In this document: positions 12,792 to 25,609 of the stretch, in pieces | How the letters are laid out: every line of letters begins with the position of its first letter | Position numbering within the stretch: position 1 is the first letter of the stretch | From: Macrostomum lignano | Taxonomy: Eukaryota | Length of the DNA stretch: 64,000 bases | Direction: 5' to 3' | Assembly (NCBI GenBank): GCA_002269645.1 | Contig: NIVC01002351.1 | Coordinates: 1 to 64,000, forward strand | Notes under the pieces: generated by a model | The model's database searches: none | The model's input: the letters and a program-made list of their open reading frames with translations, nothing else | Told to the model about the DNA's origin: nothing | Made by a program: the position numbers and the translations under genes

Positions 12792-15700
12792 CTACAACTG
12801 GCTGTTGCCATGGTGACCAGCAGTATTTCTGCCGCCGCAGAGGCTGGCAAAGACGGCCAGCTGCTGCCAGAAGGCGGCCGCATCCTGCAGACAAACCGAT
12901 GCAGTTGAGGGCAATCCGAAGGCTGACGAAGCAGAGGGCATCGACAGTGTCGAATGAGGCGGCGGAGGCGGCGGCGGCGGAGGCGGTAGCGGAGGCGGCG
13001 GCAGAACGAACCGGGGCGGTGCGACAAACTAAAAGAATCGTGTACAACGTAATGTTTTGCGACGTTAGCTCACTGTCTTCAAGCATATGAAATGGTAAGT
13101 TTAAATCCGGATGCTTATAAACACTGCTCAGTCTACTCACCGGAAACCGCGGCAGAGGCACCACAGGCTTGGAGCCGTGGATCAGGGTGCAGCCTGGAAT
13201 TAAATGAAAGAAGAGCTGTGTTAGTTGCCATGGAGCGTCCGGTCTTCAATGGGAAGGTTGGGGGTTCGAATCTAGCAGCGGTTCGGTGTAATGATGTGAA
13301 ATATATATTTACGATGCTTATTTATACTACTATGCTTCGTTAGAGAAGTGAGAAGTAGCAAGTAAAGCGTATATAGTAATGTTAAAAGTTTCTGCATTTT
13401 TTCGATTATCAGCCAAACCGATATGTATCGAAAATTGTAAAAATTGCCTTCTTTGAACGAGCTTAGTGCATCACTGCCTCTAATAGAAGAATAATATTGC
13501 CAGCCAGGAAATTCAAACAAAAACGATTTGTTGTCATTAAAATCTCAAAAAAATATGATGCGTCAAATAATTATATACTGCACAAGCCTACTCTTCTACT
13601 AAAAGTAGAATAAAGGAATTCATATCATAGTAGAAATTAAACACCTAACCGATATGTATCGAAAAAATAATAACAAAGCGGAGAAAAACACTAACCCGGT
13701 AAATTAGCCAAGAGTCCAAGATCCTGCAGTCCGCTCGCATCGCTCCCGATCCCATCTTCGACGGCGTTGTCAAATTCGTTTCCCATCTCTTCGCTGTGGA
13801 AATTCTCTTCTTCCGTGGTGATTCCGGCTTGCTGTTGAAGCTCGGACGATTCGACGAGCTCCCGGTCGCCGCCGCCGAGATGCCTCTGGCAGTCGGTGGC
13901 ATTGGCGCTGTTGACCTGCTTGCGCCATCGGGCGCGCCTGTTGCTGAACCAGACCTGCACCTTGGACTCGGACAGCGCCACCGCCGTGGCGAGGGCCTCG
14001 CGCATGGCCAGGCTGGGGTAGTGCGTCTGCTGGAACGCCGCCTCCAGCGCGCGAACCTGCTGGTCGCTGAAAGTTGTCCGGCATCGGCGACCGCTGCCAG
14101 ATTTCTGCTGCTGCTGCTGCTGCTGATGCTGGCTGTTGATTGACAGCTCCGAGTTGTCCGGAGCTTCCAGGCTGGCGACAGCCGCCTCAGCATCGGACGG
14201 AGTTGTCGAAGTCACCAGCGAGTTTGCCGGCGGGCTGCCGTTTCTGCACTGTCGATTGGATGAAGCAACGGCTTCCACTGCCGGCACCTCTTCAGCTACG
14301 AGGCCATCGTTAGAGTCTTCGCATGCGGCGGTTGAAGAGGCCTGCTGATGCTGATGCTGCTGTCTGAGCTTCTTCTGCTGCGACTGCTGGCCAGCGTCTG
14401 CAGATGACGAGCTGTTCGAGTCTGCGAGAGCGCGAGGTTTCAAATGGCCCTGCCCGTTACCTTTGGCGATTGTAAGCGCTTTGAATGGGAGCGGCAGAGG
14501 CTACACAGAAGACACACAGAGGGACACAGAGGGCACACAGAAGGGCACACAAGAGGGACACACAGAGGGGCACACAGAAGGGCACACAGTGGGCACACAG
14601 AGGGACAGAGAGGACACACAGAGGGCAAAAAGAGGGCACACAGAGGGACACAGAGGGCACACAGAAAACATAGAGGGCACACAGAGGGCATAGAGGGGCA
14701 TGCAGAGGGCACACAGAGGGCACACAGAGGGCACACAGAGGGCACACAGAGGGCACACAGAGGGACACGGAGTACACACAGACGGCACACAGAGGGCACA
14801 CAGAGGGCACACAGAGGGCACACAGAGGGCACACAGAGGGCACACAGAGGGCACACAGAGGGCACACAGAGGGACACGGAGTACACACAGAGGGCAAACA
14901 GAGGGACACAGAGTACACACAGAGGGCACACAGAGGGCACACAGAGGGCACACAGAGGGCACACAGAGGGCACACAGAGGGCAAACAGAGGGACACAGAG
15001 TACACACAGAGGGCACACAGAGGGCACACAGAGGGCACACAGAGGGACACAGAGTACACACAGAGGGCACACAGAGGGCACACAGAGGGCACACAGAGGG
15101 CACACAGAGGCACACAGGGCACACAGAGGGACACAGAGTACACACAGAGGGCACACAGAGGGCACACAGAGGGCACACAGAGGGACACAGAGTACACACA
15201 GAGGGCACACAGAGGGCACACAGAGGGCACACAGAGGGCACACAGAGGCACACAGGGCACACAGAGGGACACAGAGTACACACAGAGGGCACACAGAGGA
15301 CACACAGAGGGCACACAGAGGGCACACAGAGGGCACACAGAGGCACACAGGGCACACAGAGGGACACAGAGGACACACAGAGGGCACACAGAGGGCACAG
15401 AGGGACACAGAGGACACACAGAGGGCACATTCGAACCCCTTCACAATGAAATTCCCGCCAAAATCTAGTGAACCACCTCCAACTTATTGCTACAGCAGAG
15501 AAGCCAAAAGAAAGTGTCAATTATTCATGGCAACTCGCCGCCCCATCTCAAGCTTCAATCAATCAGAGGACGGCTCTGCTACTCACACGCCTCACGAATC
15601 CGAGGACTGGCCTAGTTTCAGGCGGTAATCGCATACAAATAGGCATTAACTCAATGCGAGCGTGAGTGAGTCTAGATTAGCTACTTCGTATACGAATAGA

Positions 15701-18700
15701 TGAAACAGGTCGAACTCGGTATTTTTCGAATAGTTTCCTATCCCCCCAAAGAACACCGAAATCCCCAACGGCAGGTGATGCGACTATGGCAACAACAAGG
15801 GAAACAGGTACATAGAGTAGAGCATAGAGCCTGCATCCTTGTCCAGGTGGTCATATGGCCGCAGGTTTTTAACGCGTGATTGCGCACGGAGGCACAACTA
15901 AGCAGCAAGCGACATGTGTATCTAGCTGAGCATGTGGGCTGGCGGCACCTCAGTTCTCCCTCACTCAATATTCGCCGTCAGCACATGAAGCACACTGACA
16001 GGTTGGTGGAAGAAATAAATGACTTTGCATACAACTTTACAAGCCTAGTTGTTGGCTGTGTTCGGAGCCGCGGCAACTTTTAGTAGAGAATTAAGAATCA
16101 TTCAAGCAAGCGAACACAACTGACAAAATGCCGGTGTTCAGAGCGTGTTGTATATAAAAGTCAAGGCTGGACAAGCCTCTCTGTGGCCCAGCGGACAGAT
16201 GCACCCTGAGGGGTGTATTAGAATCCCAACTGAACGAGGGGAATATATCCCCAGGACAAGATATCTGTGAATAACGCCCATTTAATTGCAATTGATTTAT
16301 TTGAGTCCCCCGTGTGCTTCGTCCACTTTTTTCTCTCCTACTATAATGACTGATGAAGCGCCCGTGAGGCTGACTGACTTCATCGGAGGTGTCAAGCTCT
16401 TCTTCTGGGCACCGGCGCACAAAAAATAACGTCAGAGGAGTCAAGGCAGGGCAGGCAGTGCAGGAGGGCAGCTCAGCAAGTCAGCCAGCCATACATCACA
16501 CCATTCTGTTGTGGGCGGTGCCTCATGTCAAGGTCCGAACCATCAGCCTCTCATCTTCTCATTGCAGCCCCACCATAATAGCGCGATTGATGACGAGTTT
16601 GGAGGATGGTGGAGGGTCCGGCATGAATTTGACAGCCACTGCGCAGTCGCGCTTCTTAAAACGCATTAACAGATTTTCACCTGGCTGGCGAAAGTGTTTT
16701 TTTCTCTTTCATTTGATACTTCACTCCAACTATCTGAAACTCCTAAATTTCAGCTTAACTCTCTGAATCTAACCACTGATTCTCGAGTCTCCCTTATCCC
16801 TTTTCTTAATCCGACAAACCCTACCTATCTCCCTTATCTCAACCTTAAAAAACTCTACATCTCCCTTATCTTAACCTTAAAAAACTCTACATCTCCCTTA
16901 TCTCAATCTTAAGCAACTCTACATCTCCCTTATCTCAACCCTACATGTCCCTTATCTCAACCCTACATGTCCCTTATCTCAACCCTACATCTCCCTTATC
17001 TCAACCTTAAAAAACTCTACATCTCCCTTATCTCAATCTTAAGCAACTCTACATCTCCCTTATCTCAACCCTACATGTCCCTTATCTCAACCCTACATCT
17101 CCCTTATCTCAACCTTAAAAAACTCTACATCTCCCTTATCTCAACCCTACATGTCCCTTATCTCAACCCTACATCTCCCTTATCTCAACCTTAAAAAACT
17201 CTACATCTCCCTTATCTCAATCTTAAGCAACTCTACATCTCCCTTATCTCAACCCTACATCTCCCTTATCTCAACCTTAAAAAACTCTACATCTCCCTTA
17301 TCTCAATCTTAAGCAACTCTACATCTCCCTTATCTCAACCCTACATCTCCCTTATCTCAACCTTAAAAAACTCTACATCTCCCTTATCTCAATCTTTAAC
17401 AACTCTACATCTCCCTTATCTCAACCCTACATGTCCCTTATCTCAACCCTACATCTCCCTTATCTCAACTCTACATCTCCCTTATCTCAACCCTACATGT
17501 CCCTTATCTCAACCCTACATCTCCCTTATCTCAACCCTACATCTCCCTTATCTTAACCCCAGAAACCCAACATCTCCCAATCTCCCAATCCCCGCGTCCA
17601 GCCTCACCGCTGCGCCTCATCAACCGGCTGATGGCGGCCACGCTGGGTGCCGTCCGCTCGTCGCACAGCCCGCCAGCGACCAGACGAGCCCGAATCTCCC
17701 AGGCCGGCAGGCTGGGCTCCCGGGCCCGGATCGCTTGGATTCGCCGATCAACCGGTTCCGCCACGGCTCGCCGGTTGCCGCCGGTGACGCCGGGTGTCAC
17801 CGTGCCTGCCGTGCGCGGACAAGGTGCATGCACGGCTTTTACACATGTTTTTCTTCAGCTAAAACTTATACGCCTGAGATCTACTCACCTCTCAACAATG
17901 TGTCTTCTCTGCTCACTCTTTTCTCATTGTTTTGCATTCTATCCTTGAGATTTATACTCCTAGGCCCGCTCTCTACTTCTCATTTCTCTATTTCGCATGA
18001 CTGTCTCTTTCTCATGAATCTCTTGTCTCTTTCTCATGGATCTCTCGTCTCTTTCTCATCGATCTCTCGTCTCTTTCTCATCGATCTCTCGTCTCTTTTT
18101 CTCATGGATCTCTCGTCTCTTTCTCATCGATCTCTTATCTCTTTCTCATGGATCTCTCGTCTCTTTCTAACGGATCTCTCGTCTCTTTCTAACGGATCTC
18201 TCGTCTCTTTCTAACGGATCTCTCGTCTCTTTCTAACGGATCTCTCGTCTCTTTCTAACGGATCTCTCGTCTCTTTCTCATGGATCTCCCGTCTCTTTCT
18301 CATGGATCTCATCTCTCGTCTCTTTCTCATCGATCTCTTGTTTCTTTCTCATGGATCTCTTGTCTCTTTCTCATGGATCTCTTGTCTCTTTCTCATGGAT
18401 CTCTCGTCTCTTTTGCATGGATCGCTTCGTCTCTTTCTCATGGATCTCTCGTCTCTTTCTCATGGATCTCTCGTCTCTTTCTCACGGAACTCTCATATCT
18501 TTCTCAATCTTTTTCTAACTTAAGTAATCCGTCTAAATATAAATTGTATTATATCAAATACTTATTTTCAAAAGAAGCCTTACCTGTCTCCTGAAACCGT
18601 TGTAAGATCTTGCTCACGCATCCGTGACTGACCCGCAGTCGGCGGCTGATGTCGCAGGGCCGGACACCTTTGCCAGCCAGTTCGACAATCTGCACCCGGA

Positions 18701-21700
18701 CGTGGTGCGGCAGCGGCCGGCCGTTGATGAACACCCCGCCGAGCTGGTTGACCCGGCCTTGGCCTGCTAGGCGAACGCGTCAGAGAGCATGCGTGAATTT
18801 TTGTTTTTTAAAAATTTGTCGATTTTTTGTCCCTTGGTCTGCATTCCTGTCGTCTCTTGGTTGGCAGCCCCTGTCTCTTGGTTGGTGCCCCTGTCTCTTG
18901 GTGGGCGCCCCTGTCTCTTGGTGGGCGCTCCGTCTCTGGTTGGCGCCCCTTGTTGGGCGCCCCTGTCTCTGGTTGGCGCCCCTTGGTGGGCGCCCCTGTC
19001 TCTGGTTGGCGCCCGTTGTTGGGCGCCCCTGTCTCTGGTTGGCGCCCCTTATTATTTATTAGAGGCAGGGGGGTTGTGTGCACCCTGGCGCACTTTAAGC
19101 GACATAGGCACACAACCGGCGAGAGGCATTACTGCCCATTCCGCCGACTCCCCTGAGCAGGCATACAAGCGCGCGGATACGTTACGCAGGCACACACTCA
19201 CACAGGAGTGTACAGCGGCCCTAACTTTATCAATTGTTAGGCATGTACACTTCACTGCGCCTTGGGGGGTTGGCTCTCAAGGCCGTTAATTGCACAAGCG
19301 AGCCAAGCCGAAATTCCAATTCAGCCCCAAATTAATGTGGCTGCACTTGGAATCGAGCCTGGGTAGCGGCACACCAGAGCAGCTGCGCTACCGCTGGGCT
19401 ACGGCCCCCCGTTGGCGCCCCTTGGTGGGCGCCCCTGTCTCTGGTTGGCACCCCTTGGTGGGCGCCCCTGTCTATTGGTTGGCAACCCCTGTCTCTTGGT
19501 TGGCAACCCCTGTCTCTTGGTGGGCGCCCCTGTCTCTTGGTTGGCGCCTCTGTCTCTTGGTGGTCTCCCCTTGGTGGGCGCCGGTCTCTTGGTGGGCGTC
19601 CCTGTCTCTTGGTGGGCGCCCCTGTCTCTTGGTTGGTGCCTCTGTCTCTTGGTGGTCTCCCCTTGGTGGGCGCCGGTCTCTTGGTGGGCGTCCCTGTCTC
19701 TTGGTGGGCGCCCCTGTCTCTTGGTTGGCGCCTCTGTCTCTTGGTGGTCTCCCCTTGGTGGGCGCCCCCACCCCTGTCTTAGGCCGCTGGAGGTTAACGT
19801 CCAACAGGTGGCAAAAGTCGAACTTCTGTCATTCGCCGAGCTCTTTCATTTATAATTCGTTGTAGCGCAATTTTGTGGGGCCTTAGCCGCCTTATTTAGA
19901 TTCATCTAACAGCTTAAAATCATTGCTTTCGTGCAGCAGGCGACTTAGGCTTACGCACTGTCTGTTGCTACACCGATAGCATACGTGGTTTAAAGGCATC
20001 TTGGTATTGGTATAATAGCTAAACTGCTATAATTAACTTCATCAGTTCTAAATGATAAATGACTGACCAGGTGTATAGGAGGAGCTCAAAAACAAAAGCT
20101 TTGTTATTCTATACCTGGAATCACTGTATTGGCACTCCAACTATCTACTATCTAACATCGCTTGCTCACACTTGCCTGCTCACTGGCGCGGAAGCTGAAA
20201 TTATCCTCAAACAGAAATGATTTCAAAGTTGAAATATCCTCTTATATAATTGGCCTCGGGGTGTATATGGGAAGGTGTATGGCACCATGCACCAGCCCGC
20301 ATGCAAAAACTTGGCTAGACAGAGCATTCAAGCGAAGTGCAAAGGCTCCAATATAAGCCTATAATGCATGTATATGCCCAAGGGCGAAGATTAAACGGAA
20401 TCATTGTTAAGCCTATACACTATACAGCTCCATTGTAAATGACTTTGCCGAAATCTGAGAAGACAAAAGTCAACGATGCGCGCGCGTCAAGGAGATTTTT
20501 GCTCTGCGAATAACTTTAAAAAATTCGCGTCGAAAACCTTTTTTTATCTTCCAGGCAATGGAATCCCTGGTTAGCCGGGAAATAACCCAGGTGAGGTGAA
20601 AAATATCCAAGATAGAATCCCTGGCAACTGTAAAATAACCAAGATGGAACCCCTGTCACCCATATCTATCTACAGAAACCCCTATTGTCACCCATATCTA
20701 TCTACAGACAGAAACCCCTATTGTCACCCATATCTATCTACAGAAACCCCTATTGTCACCCATATCTATCTACAGACAGAAACCCCTATTGTCACCCATA
20801 TCTATCTACAGACAGAAACCCCTATTGTCACCCATATCTATCTACAGACAGAAACCCCTATTGTCACCCATATCTATCTACAGACAGAAACCCCTATTGT
20901 CACCCATATCTATCTACAGACAGAAACCCCTATTGTCACCCATATCTATCTACAGACAGAAACCCCTATTGTCACCCATATCTATCTACAGAAACCCCTA
21001 TTGTCACCCATATCTATCTATAGAAACCCCTGTCACCCATACCAATCTATAAGAACCCCTGTTGTCACCCACATCTATCTATAGGAACCCCTGTCACCCA
21101 TATCTATCTATAGGAACCCCTGTCACCCATATAGGAACCCCTGTCACCCATATCTATCTACAGACAGAAACCCCTATTGTCACCCATATCTATCTACAGA
21201 CAGAAACCCCTATTGTCACCCATATCTATCTACAGAAACCCCTATTGTCACCCATATCTATCTATAGAAACCCCTGTCACCCATATCTATCTATAGAAAC
21301 CCCTGTCACCCATACCAATCTATAAGAACCCCTGTTGTCACCCACATCTATCTATAGGAACCCCTGTCACCCATATCTATCTACAGAAACCCCTATTGTC
21401 ACCCATATCTATCTATAGAAACCCCTGTCACCCATACCAATCTATAAGAACCCCTGTTGTCACCCACATCTATCTATAGGAACCCCTGTCACCCATATCT
21501 ATCTATAGAAACCCCTGTCACCCATACCAATCTATAAGAACCCCTGTTGTCACCCACATCTATCTATAGGAACCCCTGTCACCCATATCTATCTATAGGA
21601 ACCCCTGTCACCCATATAGGAACCCCTGTCACCCATATCTATAAGAACCCCTGTCACCCATATCTATAAGAACCCCTGTCACCCATATCTATAAGAACCC

Positions 21701-23379
21701 CTGTCACCCATATCTAGCTATAGGAACCCCTGTCACCCATATCTATCTACAGAAACCCCTATTGTCACCCATATCTATCTATAGAAACCCCTGTCACCCA
21801 TACCAATCTATAAGAACCCCTGTTGTCACCCACATCTATCTATAGGAACCCCTGTCACCCATATCTATAGGAACCCCTGTCACCCATATCTATCTATAGG
21901 AACCCCTGTCACCCATATCTATAGGAACCCCTGTCACCCATATCTATAGGAACCCCTGTCACCCATATCTATAGGAACCCCTGTCACCGATATCTATCTA
22001 TAGGAACCCCTGTCACCCATATAGGAACCCCTGTCACCCATATCTATAGGAACCCCTGTCACCCATATCTATCTATAGGAACCCCTGTCACCCACATCTA
22101 TCTATGGGAACCCCTGTCACCCATATCTATCTACAGAAACCCCTATTGTCACCCATATCTATCTATAGAAACCCCTGTCACCCATACCAATCTATAAGAA
22201 CCCCTGTTGTCACCCACATCTATCTATAGGAACCCCTGTCACCCATATCTATAGGAACCCCTGTCACCCATATCTAGCTATAGGAACCCCTGTCACCCAT
22301 ATCTATCTATAAGAACCCCTGTTGTCACCCACATCTATCTATAGGAACCCCTGTCACCCATATCTATAGGAACCCCTGTCACCCATATCTATCTATAGGA
22401 ACCCCTGTCACCCACATCTATAGGAACCCCTGTCACCCATACCAATCTATAAGAACCCCTGTTGTCACCCACATCTATCTATAGGAACCCCTGTCACCCA
22501 TATCTATAGGAACCCCTGTCACCCATATCTAGCTATAGGAACCCCTGTCACCCATATCTATCTATAAGAACCCCTGTTGTCACCCACATCTATCTATAGG
22601 AACCCCTGTCACCCATATCTATAGGAACCCCTGTCACCCATATCTATAGGAACCCCTGTCACCCATATCTATCTATAGGAACCCCTGTCACCCATATCTA
22701 TAGGAACCCCTGTCACCCATATCTATAGGAACCCCTGTCACCCATATCTATCTATAGGAACCCCAGTCACCCACATCTATCTATAGGAACCCCTGTCACC
22801 CATATCTATAAGAACCCCTGTCACCCATATCTAGCTATAGGAACCCCTGTCACCCATATCTATTTATAGGAACCCCCTGTCACCCACATCTATCTATAGG
22901 AACCCCTGTCACCCATATCTATAAGAACCCCTGTCACCCATATCTATAAGAACCCCTGTCACCCATATCTATAGGAACCCCTGTCACCCATATCTATAAG
23001 AACCCCTGTCACCCATATCTATAGGAACCCCTGTCACCCATATCTATAAGAACCCCTGTCACCCATATCTATAAGAACCCCTGTCACCCATATCTATAGG
23101 AACCCCTGTCACCCATATCTATAAGAACCCCTGTCACCCATATCTAGCTATAGGAACCCCTGTCACCCATATCTATTTCCATATCTATTGGAAAAAACCT
23201 AGGTAATCCTTGTAAGGGTCCCTGTCGGTGACCTCTATATATATCACTTAAACTAATAGTAACTTACCGTCAAACATCATTGTCGGAAGCTGCGAGCGCC
23301 TTGCTGGCTGCTGCGACTGAGGCAGCGGTGGTGGCGGTGGCGGTGGCGCTTGAGGGTGTGACAGGAAATTGTCCATCAT
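12792..23379 (-). CDS. Pax3/7: Pax3/7-like paired-domain + paired-class (S50) homeodomain transcription factor, 6 exons, ~501 aa
   Basis: Exons 23379-23268 (MMDNFLSH...TMMFD G|GTAAGT), 18763-18584, 17805-17608, 14421-13696, 13193-13141, 13028-12792; all junction phases match (1506 nt). PAI: [19 protein letters not shown]...[10 protein letters not shown]; HD: RRCRTTF...THYP...[15 protein letters not shown]. The subfamily call rests on the GQGRVNQ and [14 protein letters not shown] motifs. Confidence 0.85.
13696..14421 (-). CDS. Pax3/7: Pax exon 4: Q/S-rich linker and homeodomain (HD at about 13920-14090)
   Basis: Acceptor CTCGCAG|AC; [11 protein letters not shown] with Ser50, typical of Pax homeodomains; donor CCGG|GTTAGT. 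Confidence 0.92.
14500..15428. repeat. 11-bp minisatellite (GAGGGCACACA) in Pax intron 3
   Basis: Read directly; source of the [19 protein letters not shown] pseudo-ORFs. Confidence 0.95.
16820..17555. repeat. ~20-bp minisatellite (CTACATCTCCCTTATCTCAAC) with longer composite units, Pax intron 3
   Basis: Read directly. Confidence 0.93.
17608..17805 (-). CDS. Pax3/7: Pax exon 3: paired-domain linker and RED subdomain
   Basis: [13 protein letters not shown]...[34 protein letters not shown]; acceptor GGCAG|GC, donor AGCG|GTGAGG. Confidence 0.9.
18000..18485. repeat. ~21-bp CT-rich minisatellite (TCTCGTCTCTTTCTCATGGA), Pax intron 2
   Basis: Read directly. Confidence 0.92.
18584..18763 (-). CDS. 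Pax3/7: Pax exon 2: paired-domain PAI subdomain
   Basis: [61 protein letters not shown]; phase-1 intron at ETG. Confidence 0.96.
18855..19050. repeat. ~21-bp GC-rich minisatellite (GGGCGCCCCTGTCTCTTGGT), block 1
   Basis: Read directly; same unit as 19410-19775. Confidence 0.88.
19410..19775. repeat. ~21-bp GC-rich minisatellite, block 2
   Basis: Read directly. Confidence 0.9.
20648..23180. repeat. 25-34-bp variable-unit minisatellite (AACCCCTGTCACCCATATCTATCTATAGG), Pax intron 1
   Basis: Read directly. Confidence 0.96.
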
Positions 23380-23549
23380 TTTCCTCTCCAACCGAAAAAA
23401 ACTTCCACTGATTAAAAGCGGCAAGCCTCAGTGCCGATGAGGGTTGGTCAACAGCTTGGCAATAAATAACTGCAGATTCCCAGTTATAAATTGCCTTCCA
23501 TTTGTCTTAAATACCAGAGTGGAAGGGGAGCAGGGCAGCGCTGTGAGCC

Positions 23550-23592
23550 AGCCAATGAAAAGTTGAGCAGATAAATGTGGCGGAACCAATCA
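23550..23592. promoter_or_regulatory. Pair of CCAAT (NF-Y-type) boxes upstream of the Pax start codon
   Basis: AGCCAATGA (CCAAT at 23552) and AACCAATCA (CCAAT at 23586), 34 bp apart, about 170-210 bp upstream of the ATG. Motif match only. Confidence 0.35.
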
Positions 23593-23964
23593 GACCGGAC
23601 TTGAATCAGCGCTTGAATCATTTGTAAATAGTGAGGGGGGGCATTCTTATCGCAATTCCCTTAATCTATGAAAGCCTGTCTGTCTCAGTGACTGTCGACT
23701 CGGAGGAACTGGAGTCGATTTCTCTTTGGGTATGGATCATTAGTTTCTCTTATTAGGGAGTCTTATCGCCTAGTAACTGTTACTGCTACATGCTTCACTG
23801 CCTCTCGCTTGTTCCAATCTGCTTGATTTATTTGCAGGAACAGCTAGTGGGTGGCAGGGAGATGGATTGGGTGCGGACGCGAACTGAGAGACCAGCCCAT
23901 CGAATTCAGCTTGTTTTTAACGGTCAAGACAGATGCTGAAGCTGAGAAATTGGATAATTAAAAT

Positions 23965-24745
<781 letters not shown>

Positions 24746-25609
24746 TGCATGCTGAGTATAGTTCACATCCATAAACCTCACTAATCAGCCAAAATGCAAG
24801 ATACAAGAGAATAAAAAGACAAAGTGAAAATATTGATGCTGGGTCTTAGCAGATCATGACGTCCCGAAATTCGATTCAGCCAGCCTCCCCTCCTCCTACA
24901 TCCCCTCAGCCGTCGCTCGTGCTAATTCGCAAAACCAGAGCAGCCTGGCGGGGGAGAGTAAAAATTCCTCACTATTAAAATTTGAAAATTTAAAACAGCC
25001 CCCCCCCCCCCTGCAGAGTCAGCCAGAGACTGCAGAATCCAAATGTATCCAAATTCCATGGCGTTATGAGCTGGGAGAGCAACAAGTTTTTTTTCTGCAA
25101 ACCGCCGCCAGGGGCTTTGCGTTTAGAGATGCGCAAGGGCGGCGGCGGTGGGTTTGGAGGAAATTTCGTATTTTTGATGAGGCTGACAGGTGGCGCTGCT
25201 CTTGGAGCGAGGAAAAAGTGACAGTTGCGCAGATTGGCAGCGGCGGCGACAGCCTCTGGCGCGGGTGTTGGGCAGACCCAGTTAGCAGATAAAATTTCCT
25301 ATTACATTATATAGGCCTATTAGGCCACTTAGACGGCCCGTTAAACCCGGGCCGTTAGCTTGCTGCAGGAGAAAGGTGCTCGCAACTGGAACATTATTCT
25401 GAAGGAATTTTAGGCCTATGCAGACTGATCCCCTTGAAGGACAACGGGCAATATAGAGAGCGGTATTGAGCTTGCCGCAGCTTGAACATAGCTCAGACAT
25501 GCCACTGCAGTCATGATGCATGCAGTTCATCTCTGATGATGGAGAAATCTGGCGCGATATTTTGAACAGAATTTTTGAAAGTTTGAAGTTTACGGAGGGT
25601 CTTTCAGAG

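Noticed and set aside
12700-13164. Ala-rich ORF-track frames (both strands) as separate genes
   Set aside because: Alternative frames of the Pro-rich terminal Pax exon, which fits the splice phases.
14440-15628. His/Thr-rich and Cys-rich ORFs of 250-394 aa
   Set aside because: Products of the 11-bp intronic minisatellite.
16091-16444. Possible extra Pax exon ([10 protein letters not shown]...) carrying an octapeptide
   Set aside because: It has an acceptor-like site but no convincing in-phase donor and no octapeptide motif.
25282-25530. Cys-containing 82-aa ORF as a downstream TEX11 exon or zinc finger
   Set aside because: No recognisable motif spacing or splice support.
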